This document shows, piece by piece, positions 49,964 through 62,244 of a stretch of DNA of 64,000 nt. Each line of letters starts with the position of its first letter. Position 1 is the first letter of the stretch. The notes below the pieces were generated by a model. It was not told the DNA's origin. It did no database searches and saw only the letters and a program-made list of their open reading frames with translations. Origin of the DNA: Basidiobolus meristosporus CBS 931.73 (taxonomy: Eukaryota; Fungi; Basidiobolomycota). The position numbers and the translations under genes were made by a program. The stretch is from assembly GCA_002104905.1 (NCBI GenBank), contig MCFE01000145.1, positions 90,755 through 154,754 of the forward strand, written 5' to 3'.

Positions 49964-52071
49964 GGTGGCGAATCAATGAGCAAACTCCGAAAGAATAAAA
50001 TCTAGAGTTTGAGGGGGATATGTGTGGAATGGATAAAGAAATCTCGGTTTCCTGGTATATCGGAATTCAAAAGAATTAAAGACAATCCGGATGTTCTTAG
50101 CCCTCACCGGCTTATATAGGAGCTATTGCGATGGAGAGACAAAAAAGGTGCATAAGAAGTTTAAACATTTCTTTCCAAGGCAAGGCCAATGAGCATCCAT
50201 GGAAGGAACGAAAAACTGATCTGCCCTGTCGGCCATCCAATAACGGTGTGTAGTTCTGAAGTATAGTACACGGCAAGTGACCTGTCCAATGAGATCCATG
50301 AGACTAATATCTGTGACTTTGAATGATGAGCTGAATCTGTCACCAATATCGAAGGGGAATCATTCACAATGATATCAGCAGTGGCATTCGCATTCTCCAT
50401 AACGTAATTCCAGGCATTTCACCATCATACAAATTGTGCATCATGCAACTTTCCACCAAATGGATGGTGCCAGCTAGTAAGATCGATGAATCGCATTTGG
50501 CTAACCTTCAATCGTACTTAGTACAGGCGGAGCAGATGATCCTCAGGGAACGAGATCCATCTGAATATGGTGGCTAGGGCGAATGGACAGTAGGCTTGAA
50601 ATCGTGGTACAATTGAAGACGCCTTGATCCTGACAAATCCAATCTCTGATGGATGATCGCAGCATCCCACCGAGCGGAAAAAAGAATCCGTGATCAGCTG
50701 TCCCAACGAACCATTCCGTTGATAGATATCTGGATCGGGCCGTGATCCCTGCTGACGGCACAGTGGCAGCGATCCCAGTGTTTCATAGGACATTGAGGTC
50801 CAGTCCCCGCTCGCCTCATCATCTGAAAGTTAGGGAATTGGAGTTCCTCTGGATTCCAGTCCAGGCTAACTGCTTACGTTCGAATTCCGGATTCAAAGCG
50901 CCACATCAGCCTGTATCTCCACCCATCGTACGTAGGGCGTGATTTACCGGAGCCGTGCCTTTATGCATGCCCAAAAAAGGAATTCCCAAAGGTTGACCAG
51001 AACATCCAGAATTTACCGCAAACAGCAATGGCCGATGAGTAGGGATGTGAAGTTAATTAGCGTTTCAGAATCCATCGAGTGTCAAAGCCGAATTCAGCAC
51101 TCTATCTCCCCTGACACGGCCGTATCCAGCGTTGAATCAGGAATCGACGTTGGTGCGAAGCTATTGTAGCACTTTCAGAAAGACGATGCAGGTGCTGTGA
51201 TTGCTAGGATTGCTAGAAATCAACCGCTGTCCAATAACCATCTTGTTTGCCTGGAATGCCTGCCTTATATTGTATTTGGGGGGGGGGGGCGAGCGAGATC
51301 CGCTGATTCGCCATGGTTTCGAATCGGGTGTTGATACCAAAAGATTTGGTGCTAGTACTAACCAGGAGTTGGGTGATTTGCTTCCAGAGCACTAGGGATG
51401 TGGAGTGCTGTTTCTTTCATGATTTCCAAAAATGTTCGACTCAATGTTCCGACAGGTGCGTAGGAAAATGCGGCCCATACAGGCTTGTCGAATGCAAGCA
51501 TTGGATGCGACCGTGTTGCGTTCCTCTAATAGAATTAACCCCGCAGATTCAAGAGACGAAGATTGCACTTGTTTGGCTCTACGGATGTATGCCTTGTTCT
51601 CTCTAAGCAAACACTCGTTTAGCTTGCTTCCTCGTGTTTATCTGCCAATTGCTGGACTTCATTTTCGTTGCATATTTTTTGATCCAGCTGTGGCCGGTCC
51701 CGATGTGATTCACGATATGGCTTTACTCATGAAACAATGTTGGCTCTGACTAACAATGTACTACAATTGGCCCAACCAGCTGGTACCAGTGGCTTCGGCA
51801 AGCTGAGGACTGAATCTTTCGGTGTGAATAGAGTGTCGATTCCCCACTGTTATCTTCCTCACCATGGATCGCCTATGACGTAATGGCTGCATGTTATGGT
51901 ATGTGATTAGCAGTAGATGCTGATGGGAGTGGACAGCCATCAGAGCTATGATATGATCGTGTATTTTATTTATGGATTGTCAACTTTGAATCTGAAATCA
52001 ACCTATTGATGCCCCTTCAGCAAGAAAGGTATCTGAACTTACAAAAGGTGGAGGATTCGGTGATTACATAA

Positions 52072-52743
52072 TCAAATCTTCACTTCAGTTACCAACAACC
52101 CATCCAAAACAGTCTCATTGAGAGTGAATGGGTGAGCCATCTCAATCTCCAAGAGCTTTGAGGAGTACTTCTCTGCTTTGTCCTCAATGTAATCTTTATA
52201 GTCTGGGGCGCCTGGAAAAAGGACGTTGTCTGCAACAACCACCGAGCCGGGTCGAAGCCACTGCAGCTGCTCAATTATTTTCATATCCTGGACATAGAGA
52301 TCTTTCCAGTGATCGATGAAGACAAGGTCTATTTGATCCACAGCATAAGTCTGAAGGAAATCTTCACTGGTAGTCTTGAACTCTCCAACAATAATGGTAA
52401 CCTTCGAGGTTAGCCCAGCATGCTCAACAAGTGTTTGCGCAGCCTTTGCAAACCTAGGGTTCAACTCAAAGGAGTAGTAATGTCCATTGGGAGGTAAAAG
52501 ATTGGAAAACCGGAGTGCACTGTATCCAAGATAGCCACCCAACTCAACCATGACTTTGACATTGTGTTCCTCGATCAAATCATCGATATGCTTTCCCTTC
52601 TTATCTCCTACATGCATTAAAAGATTCGTTTTGGCATAGCGATCAATTGCAGTGATGACTGATTCAGCATCACCGGGGGTCGAGTTGGAAAGAACAAAGT
52701 TCAAGTAATCGTTGGTATCTGGTTCAAAGATGCTACTAGGCAT
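52072..52743 (-). CDS. COMT: Catechol O-methyltransferase, single exon, 223 aa
   Basis: MHVGDKKG, VELGGYLGYSA, FIDHWKDLY, VVADNVLFPGAPDY. Confidence 0.92.
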   Translation of the reverse strand: MPSSIFEPDTNDYLNFVLSNSTPGDAESVITAIDRYAKTNLLMHVGDKKGKHIDDLIEEHNVKVMVELGGYLGYSALRFSNLLPPNGHYYSFELNPRFAKAAQTLVEHAGLTSKVTIIVGEFKTTSEDFLQTYAVDQIDLVFIDHWKDLYVQDMKIIEQLQWLRPGSVVVADNVLFPGAPDYKDYIEDKAEKYSSKLLEIEMAHPFTLNETVLDGLLVTEVKI

Positions 52744-53074
52744 GGCGGAGCGGTTTGAATTGTGGATTCTCTTACAGAGGGATTTATATATAGTATGCAC
52801 CAACTCTACTACGTAACTTCACAGACAAAATGGATTGTGAAGCGTCCCTGTTCGCTATCGCTTACATAATAGTTGAAATGCATCCCTCAACGGCGAGTCA
52901 GGGTTAGAAAGCCTCCTGTGCACTTCAATGAAACCATACATAGCTATTTATTACCATTGTGGATATACGGCTTGGTAATTCACCTGAGAAACACGGGTAC
53001 ACAAAGCTATTAGTTTCTCCATTAATCAAGTCTTGGAGACCGACCAGAGTTGACCATATCAAGTGGCTGTTCAC

Positions 53075-53279
53075 GTCAGTAATTACTAAGGGGAATCGAA
53101 TCAGGGGCGGGGGGGGGGAGCTCAAGCTTCACATTTGCTATTGGCCCTATGTTAATTATCTCGGGAGGCAAGGGTTAGTCAGTAATTATCAAAGGGAATT
53201 GGACAGGGGTAGGGGGAGCTCAAGCTTCACATTTGCTATTGGATCTATATTGATTATCTCAGGAGGCAAGGGTCGTTAG
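53075..53279. repeat. Two-copy ~103-bp tandem duplication
   Basis: gtcagtaatta...gagctcaagcttcacatttgctattgg...ggaggcaagggt repeats at 53075 and 53178. Confidence 0.85.
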
Positions 53280-54553
53280 TACAACCTGGAAAAATGTGCA
53301 TAAATTCCAGCGATGTTACGCTGTTGTGGGGAATCAACAGACTCGGGCACTTATCCATGGCTAACATTACAGTTGGACCTGGTCGTCGGGCTTCTTTTGG
53401 CGAAAGATTCCTGGCAGTCTTTGGTTGTCCAAGCGACCATTAGGCCGTGAATGCGCGTTGCTGTTCCAATATCCAGGTGGATGGTAATTGCAGCTGGAGT
53501 CACTACTAAATTACTGATAGATGATCTTGTACACTCGACCGTGTCTAATCCACCAAATCAAATACGGTGGTCCAGATTTTCATCTAAATAATAATAAATG
53601 GCAACTCATTTCATCACATCAGCCGACCAACAAGGTAAAGAGCGCGCAGATCCTTCTGGTGGGATCATTCATGTTAGAAGCAACCCTTTTATACAGACTT
53701 GCAATAGCAATAGTTCCCAGGTGCAAAATAGGGCAAGATCTTCGCAGAGTCACACATCTCATGCGTGTCAGTTGCAAATGTCATTTCGACTGAGGTAAAA
53801 TCTCAAATCATCTTCACCCTCTGGTTTGATCCAGAGTGACTAGGACTGAGTTGGCAAGAGCGATTCATGGACATCCTGGCATGTGTAGTTGCGGCCTATG
53901 CTGGCCATGCCCTCTCTGATGAAGCAGAAACCGACCAGGCTTGCACAGGGAACAGTAGCAGCGAGTATCTTGGGACATCGTTGTAAATCCAAAATAAATT
54001 CACAAGGCAAGATGCCTCTTACATGCGTGGGCAGGATCACACGAGTTCAATCAGTGAAGATCACTCACCATGGTCGAGTGCTCGACCTGTCTTTGTCCCA
54101 TGGTTGCTGGAGATTTCAGCTCCAATAGCCATACTAGCTCTAGCCCTGGAGGTAGTGCGTATTGGGGTCAAGGATTCAGACCAGGGTGCAGTTTTGAAGT
54201 GAAATGCATGTGGTTGCGGGTGTCAGTAGAATGGGTGACAGATCTTGGTTTCATTAGGAACTGGTTGATAGTCGTGTGGTCGTTCAAGCATGAATTTCAT
54301 GCTAGTTCGAGGTTACTCACCCGAGCTTTGTATCACAGCCCATAAGCCTGCGGCAGAGTCCCTATTTAAGGTGTGGGCCAATCCAGCCATTCCATAAGGC
54401 GAGAGTTATTTTGTGTTTGGGGAAGGACTGCGAGGTAACCTACTGCCTAAGGAAATTGTTTCTTCAACTGCAGTGCACTTGAGAAACAAGTTCAGACTCG
54501 GCGCTTTGAGAATATAAAACCGCCCCACAGCGCCTGTCAACTCACCAAGCAAG

Positions 54554-55657
54554 ATGCGCTGCTTTCTGCTGCTGAGTAACTTATGGCTCCTGGCTATTTC
54601 CGCCTCCGCCCAGGTCGTTCAGGAAACAAACGCCGCGTACGCACATCGTACGGTCGCGATCGGAGACATCCACAGTGACTACAAGAATGCTCTCAGCGTA
54701 CTTAGGATGGCCGCTGTCGTAGATGCCAACGGCGACTGGATCATGGGCACGAACACGCTTGTCCAAACGGTATGTGCAATTGCCGGCGGTTGGTTCTGAT
54801 TCGAGTTAGTAACCTTATCGTGCAGGGCGATATTGTCGATCGCGGACCAGATACCATTCTCCTCTACAAGTACTTCCAAAAACTTAGAGCCCAAGCGGCC
54901 GCAGCGGGCGGAAATGTTCGGTCAAAGTAGATATTCATTTTTGTTGGTGCGTAAGCTAATCTGGGAACCTTAGGTTGTCAATCTATTCGGTAATCATGAA
55001 ATCATGAACATCAAGGGCGATTGGAGATACGTTACCAAAGAAGAGATTGCCACGTTTGGGGGGACTACTGCCCGGAAGGAGGCGTGGAATGTATCGACTG
55101 GCTGGATTGGCCAATTCCTTCAATCCTCCTTCAACATCACTTTCATCCAGCGTGGCCATACTGTGTTTACCCACGGTGATTTGCATCCCACATGGGCAAA
55201 GAAGGGGGCAGCAAGTATGAATGCTCTCGTTCATGCAAACCTCAATGCGGGCAAGTATGATGATCCCATCTTCAAGACCCAAGGGCCAGTGTGGTGGAGA
55301 GGATACGGTGGCCTCGAGGATGGTGATGATGACATAACTCTAGAGCAGGCCTGCGCCATGGTGAAGGAGGTGACAGATACACTCAAGGTACTTTGGACAA
55401 CCATTTCCAACTCAATGAGTTGCCTGTAACATCTTATGCTTTGGGAACAGGTGAAGCGACTTGTGTCTGGCCATACACAGCAGTCCTCCACGGGCCGCAT
55501 CTTATCTCGCTGCAACAATGCGTACCTTGATATTGACGTTGGTATTTCAAGCTATTATGGATCTCATTTTGCTGCGCTTGAGATCCTTGATTTGGATGAT
55601 GGATCACAGAACGTGGCTGCAATATACCCCACTGGCAAGGTGACAATTTCCCAGTAA
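54554..55657 (+). CDS. Secreted calcineurin-like metallophosphoesterase (Shewanella-like phosphatase type), about 4 exons
   Basis: Hydrophobic N-terminus; IGDIHSD, QT-GDIVDRG, FGNHE, FTHG, GPVWWRG, SGHTQQ, IDVGIS motifs. Confidence 0.85.
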
Positions 55658-57629
55658 ATGAGCGTAACGTTCTTGTGTGGAGAGTGGCTGCGTTTGAATT
55701 AGACATGTCTGTTCGACATCTAGCACCTATTTTGCCAATAAATCATTCAGTTGAATCTAAACAGGGGCAAGCTTTGTGCGATATGCTCCGTCCTTCGGTA
55801 GTTGATTTGTATTTCTAACAAAAGATAACCAGGATCAAGTAACTTCAAGGCGCATCTGAGAATTGCCGATTTTGGCATGAGACACGGAAATCACGAGCTT
55901 TCGGAGTGTACGCTTATGCAACAACGCGTTGTGCAATCTTGAGGCACTACTCAGCACGGCTGAGAGCCACAGTCGTAGTAAATCGAGAGTCGGGTCCGTC
56001 GATCACCGATTTCCACGCTGTGGATATTCAACAAGCACTCAGAAACCCACTGATCCGTACCGCTTCGGAAGGTTTCGACTTCAGCTGGCTACGACGGGAT
56101 ATGTGAGATGTACCCAATTAGCTTTGCATTCAACATTGTTTACTCGCTGTTTCACATGTTGTTCGGAAGTTTGCAATCAACGGGATGCGGGTCGTTCCCT
56201 GTCGTGGAGTGGTGGAGAAGATAGAAACTGCCAAAGCTATCAGGCGGAACATGAAACAAAGGCTTGGGTATCAATGTGCTAGACCAGGCCACAGCAGGCC
56301 TGAAGTGTCACACACATGAGCGCACTTAACGCAATAGTAGTCGCAAATTTCTCTGTATCAACATCAGAGTGGAGAGTATTTACCATACCACATTATGACC
56401 AACACTTGTATCTGTCCTATCACCCCCAAATGCCCTTACGCAGAAGCAAGGTCTATATGTCTGGTGATCCAGGTGTTGTTGCAGAGCCAGCTAGATACAT
56501 TGCTAGGCTGCATCATTGACTAGTTCTATTTTTGCTGGACGCCTCTCAAGCTCAGGTGATCCCTGTAGTACTACAGAGTTGAGCATCCAAGAGCGACCTA
56601 TCCAAAGAAAAGCTATCCAAACCTTCCATCTACAACTCACCAGTTGCTTTTGTTCTAAGTGACAGGTACTGCGTGTAGCTGTTTCTATAAGATGAGCCTG
56701 TGCTTAGCCCGTTGACTGGAAACTAGCCTGATGGTTATCATTCTTTACTAATCATCTGGAATTATATAAGTTTCGAAGAGAATAATGTACTGAGCCGCCT
56801 AGAATGCCCATCACTTTGAACTCATCTTTCCATAGCGCAAAACATTGTACTACTGTTATCACTCCTCCCTATAATGGGCTTTACCAAGCTGAACCAACAC
56901 TATAATTACCCTGCTTCTGAAGCAAGTAGGACTGAGGCCTAGGGGTGGTTTAGTGAAATTATAGAATGAGATAATCAACCATACACTCAATCAGTTGAAA
57001 TATGAGGATTTTGCTTTTTTTATATAGCAATATTTATTGTAAGGGCTTTGGAGATATTGGAAGTGAATGGGAGAACAAGTAGATTATGCAGTTTTTACTT
57101 ATTGATTTATTAAATGTAAAAGTAGTGTTTATACTTTGACATGATCTTGGTATAGCAAACATGTATAGTAAGCCTAGAAATTTCCCAAGAGCATGTGTGC
57201 AAAGCTTCAAGCTGTTTGGACAACATTGAGGAATTTGATGTTCTGAGTACCAGATGTTTTGGTGACAATATTCTAGTAAACGTTGTAAAAATTCGTATTT
57301 CCACCTAAATATTCACCTAACTTAGTCACTTAGATCATCACCTTCAAATCCTAGAGAATACTGACTAAATTCCTTGTCGGGATTTACTTAGAATATTTTC
57401 ACCAAAATGCCAGGTACCCAGAATATGAAAATTCTCAAAGTTGTCCAAACAGCCCCAAACTTTGCACACATGTTCTTGGGACCTTCCATAACCTATTCTA
57501 CGTGTTTGTAATGCCAAGACCAGGTGAAAGTATAAATACTACTTTTACATTCAATAAATCATTAAGTGAAAACCACATAATCTACTTGTTCTCCCAATCA
57601 CTTCCAATACCTCCAAGACTCTTACAACA

Positions 57630-57642
57630 GGTTATGAGCCCC
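57630..57642 (+). promoter_or_regulatory. Primer-binding site, internal (half) tRNA-iMet type
   Basis: GGTTATGAGCCCC directly after the LTR CA; the same motif precedes the 34327 LTR in reverse. Confidence 0.8.
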
Positions 57643-57660
57643 GAGCTGTCACTCTCTGCA

Positions 57661-60600
57661 ATGTCTACTACTGCTATTACTGGAATTTTTCACTCTGCTG
57701 AAAAGTTGGATGGCTCTAACTACCAAGTGTGGAAGGTGAAGATGAAGATGCTGCTACAAGAAAGAGGCCTTTGGGATATTGTCATGGGAGAAGAATGCCC
57801 TCCTAAAAACGTGCGAGAGGAAGCCTTAAAGTACCAGAAGAACGAACAAAGTGCCTTTAACTGCATTTGCCTTAATGTCAAGGACAAATTGCTAATTCAA
57901 TGCTCAAGAGCAAAAACGGCAAAGAATGCCTGGAAGGCATTAGAAGACACCTACCAGTCATGTTCAGCTGCCAAGAAAATGTATCTGAGAAGAAAATTCT
58001 TTACTACAAAGATGCTGCCAGGAGAAGAAATGAAAAATCTAATTAATAGAATTACCCTGCTGGTAGATGAGATGGAATCTGTGGGCGTACCAACTACTGA
58101 TGAGGATGTGATAGTTACCATCCTGAATAGCCTGACAGACGAGTTTCAGGGCCTTGTATTAGCCCTAGAGTCCAGAACTGAAGATTTGACCTTAAATTAC
58201 GTATATGGAAGGCTCCTGGATGAAGAATTAAGAAAATCAAGCGCCAATAAGAAGGAAGAAGAAAATGCTTTAATAAGCAATGATAACCAACAAAGGAGGT
58301 ACCCAAGACCCTACAAAGGCAACAGCAACCTATTTTGCAACTACTGCAAAAGGAAAGGACACACATCAGACCGGTGTTTCAAAAAGAGAGATTATTTGCA
58401 AAAAAAGCCTGAATATGGAAATGCTGCAACAACTGAAGATAGACTATTCATATCTGCACTAAATATGACCACAAACAAGGATCTTCAGACGTGGTATATT
58501 GACTCTGGAGCTTCTCAACACTTTACACACCAAAAAGAACTTTTTACCCAATATCAAGAAATTCCAATTAAGAAGGTTTTCATGGGTGACAATAGAACAC
58601 TTGATGCAGTGGGAGAAGGAACTATCCAAGTAAACCTTAGAAGCAGTGAAGGAAGCCATGCACTGACTTTTAAAGAAGTACTCTATGTACCAGAAATAGC
58701 CAAGAACCTACTCTCTGTAAGCAAGGCCACAGCAGCAGGACTCAGTTTCAGTTTTAACAATTCTGGATGCAGGATCACTGATCAAAATGGTGCTCATATT
58801 GCTTTGGGCATCAGAGATCAGAATCTATACAAGTTGACTTATATTCCATCATATCTGGAAGCCAATATAAGTAACTTAAATGAAGAAACACCAATGCTTT
58901 GGCACAGGAGATTTGGGCACATCAATTTTGATTATTTGTGCAAAATGATCAAAGATCAGCTAATTTCTGGAGTAAAAATTGATCCCCCAGCTAATTTGGA
59001 GCACTGTGAAGCCTGCATATATGGGAAACAAGCCAGACAACCGTTCAAGAGCTCTGGGTTAATTGAAACCAAGAAAAAATTAGATCTAATTCACTCAGAT
59101 CTGTGTGGACCTATGCAAAATTTATCCTTAGGCGGGATGAAGTATTTAATCACTTTTATTGATGATTATACAAGATACACATGGGTCTACTTCATAGAGA
59201 GAAAGGAAGAAGCTCTGTCTAAGCTCAGGGAGTTTAAAGCCATGGTGGAGAGAGAAACTGGTGAAAAAATCAAGAAAATACGCTCTGACAATGGTGGAGA
59301 ATATACCTCAAAACTCTTCATCCACTTCTGCAAAATTCATGGGATAAAGCAAGAGACTACTGTACCATACTCCCCACAGCAAAATGGAGTAGCAGAACAA
59401 GCTAACGGATCAATAATTGATATGGCAAGATCTATGATCCATGATCAAAAATTATCCTATGATTTTTGGGCGGAATCAGTTGCCACTGCTGTATATCTTA
59501 AAAATCGGAGTTATAACAGAATACTTTGTGATTCTACTCCATTTGAAGCATGGTATGGATACAGACCAAGTGCAGAACATCTAAGAATATTTGGGTGTAC
59601 AGCATATGCCAAAAAACTGGCCGGAAATCAGTCAAAATTTGAGCCAAAAAGTGTAAAATGCATATTTTTGGGCTACTGCAATGAGAGTAAGGCATACAGA
59701 CTCTACAATACCAAAGCAAAGAAGCTTATCAAGTCCAGGGATGTGTTGTTTGATGAAAATTCAAAATTTTCACAAAAAATGACATCAGATGATGACGAAA
59801 ATTTGATCTCAAGTCCACCAATTGTCAGGATTGAATCAGAGCAAAACAATGAAAATTTTTTCACTCCAGAGGACTCTACAACCGTGGTTCAGCCAGAATC
59901 AGTGCCCAGGAACATCCCAGAAGTGATCATTCCAGTATCAAATACCCGGAGATCAAATTGGACAAGAAATAGCCCAAATTACTATATTAATGAGGGTACA
60001 AACTTAGCCTATGCCTATTCAGTCCATATTGATGAACCCCAGACTGTAAAAGAGGCCCTAAATAGCCCTCAGACAAAGTTTTGGAGATCTGCAATGACTG
60101 AGGAATATCAGGCCCTAATGGAAAATCAAACTTGGGACTTAGTCAAATTACCAATGAACCAAAAATCAATTGGATGCAGATGGGTCTTCAAGACAAAATA
60201 CAAGGCTGATGGTACAATTGAAAGATACAAAACAAGACTTGTAGCCAAAGGATACTCTCAAACAAAAGGACTTGACTATACTGAGACCTTTGCACTGGTA
60301 GCCAAGTTTAATTCCATCAGATTAATATTGGCTATTGCAGCCAAATATAAGTTTTTTATTCATCAAATGGATGTATAAACTGCATTTTTGAATGAAGAAC
60401 TTGATGAGGACGTGTATATGGACCAGCCTGATGGGTTTGTTGACCAAGATAACCCCCATTTGGTCTGCAAGCTTAAAAAGTCACTATATGGTCTCAAACA
60501 ATCACCGAGAGCCTGGAATTGCAAGATAGATTCTTATTTGGAATCTTTGAGTTTCAAAAGGAGTAATGCTGACTATAGTATATACTATAAGCCAGATAGA

Positions 60601-61605
60601 GCAAATCCAGTTCTATTAGCTCTCTATGTGGATGATCTTATTATAGCCGCCAATAACCTAAAAGCATTGGAAGAGACTAAATCCAACCTATCTAAGGAGT
60701 TCAAGATGTCTGATCTAGGAGAACTCAGTTACTACTTAGGGATTAAGTTCTCCATAGACAGAAGCACCCAGACTATCACCCTAAGCCAATCCAAGTATAT
60801 TCAAGATATACTAAAGAAGTACAAAATGGAAGACTGTAAACCGGCAGCTACCCCAATGGAGACAAACCTTAACTTGGTCAAAACTCAACCAAATCAAGAG
60901 AGCTTGGTGCCATCTGAAAGCCCTGACTTTCCTTATCAATCTATGGTCGGCAGTCTGATGTATATCATGCTTGGAACACGTCCAGATATCTCATATTCAG
61001 TGGGAGTTGTCAGCCAACATAATCAGAACTATGGATCTGATCATATTGCAGCAGTTAAGTGGATTTTTAGATACCTAAAAGGAACTGCTGATATCTGCTT
61101 AAGATACACTTATAAGGACTCAGAAAAAGATCTTGTGGGATACTCTGATGCAGATTGGGGACGAAATTTAGAAGACAGAAGGTCCACCACAGGATACACC
61201 TTTCTTTACTGTAAAGGAGCAATTTCATGGAATTCAAGAAAGCAACCAACCGTAGCACTTTCTACTACAGAGGCAGAGTATATGGCAGCCTGTGAAGCTA
61301 CAAAAGAAGCAATGTGGTTAAGAAAACTCTTAACAGATCTAGGCCTATGTCAAAAAACGCCTATTACTTTATTTCAAGATAATCAAGGATGTATACAATT
61401 AGGTAGAAATCCAACTTTTCATGCTAGAACCAAGCACATAGATATTAGACATCATTTCATACATGAAGCTATAGAGAATAACTTAGTTAGCTTAGTTTAC
61501 TGCTGTACAGATGAAATGATTGCAGACATATTTACCAAACCATTAGCTAGAGACAAGTTTGAATATCTTAGGTCAAAATTAGGACTAGTCAGTATGAACA
61601 TTTAG
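57661..61605 (+). pseudogene. Copia gag-pol with a single in-frame TAA at 60376-60378
   Basis: CNYCKRKGHTSDRC, WYIDSGAS, LWHRRFGH, HSDLCG/DNGGEY/QNGVAE, HQMDV*TAFLN, LYVDDL, YSDADWG, all in one frame. Confidence 0.93.
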
Positions 61606-62244
61606 CTGAGTGGGAGTGTTGTAAAAATTTGTATTTCCACCTAAATATTCACCTAACTTAGTCACTTAGATCATCACCTTCAAATCCTAGAGAATACTGA
61701 CTAAATTCCTTGTCGGGATTTACTTAGAATATTTTCACCAAAATGCCAGGTACCCAGAATATGAAAATTCTCAAAGTTGTCCAAACAGCCCCAAACTTTG
61801 CACACATGTTCTTGGGACCTTCCATAACCTATTCTACATGTTTGTAATGCCAAGACCAGGTGAAAGTATAAATACTACTTTTACATTCAATAAATCATTA
61901 AGTGAAAACCACATAATCTACTTGTTCTCCCAATCACTTCCAATATCTCCAAGACTCTTACAACAGTAAATGCCAACAAAAATTTGGCCCAGATTCTCTA
62001 TGTTTTGTGGGTAATGATCTAGGTGACCAAGTTAAGTGCATATGCAGGTGGAATTACAAGGTTTTGCAGCACTTCACTCAACTATATACTCATATCAACT
62101 ATTCCTAGTTGTGATCTGAGATATTCAAGCTTGTCTCTAGCTAATTGTTTGATAAATATGTCTGCAATCATTTCATCTGTTGGGCAGTAAGCTAAGTTAA
62201 CCAAGTCACTCTCTATAGCCTCACATATGAAATGATGTCTATTA

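Larger units (their letters stand above)
57281..61965 (+). mobile_element. Young full-length Ty1/Copia retrotransposon (4685 bp)
   Basis: 349-bp LTRs (57281-57629, 61617-61965) with 4 mismatches; TSD GTAAA on both sides; PBS GGTTATGAGCCC; PPT gagtgggag. Confidence 0.97.

Noticed and set aside
50878-50888. B-box/T-loop-like GTTCGAATTCC (and GGTTCGAATC at 47308 in a formin intron) suggesting tRNA genes
   Set aside because: No acceptor, D or anticodon stems could be folded around either site.
38000-56300. Numerous antisense or overlapping ORFs of 60-140 aa in the track
   Set aside because: They are shadows of the real GC-rich exons or of TE frames and have no independent motifs.
56500-57034. 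Possible decayed retroelement remnant
   Set aside because: CpG-poor transition sequence with no motif I could support.
60376-60378. Programmed read-through stop in Copia pol
   Set aside because: The TAA replaces a conserved Lys inside RT, not at a gag/pol boundary; a point mutation or error is simpler.
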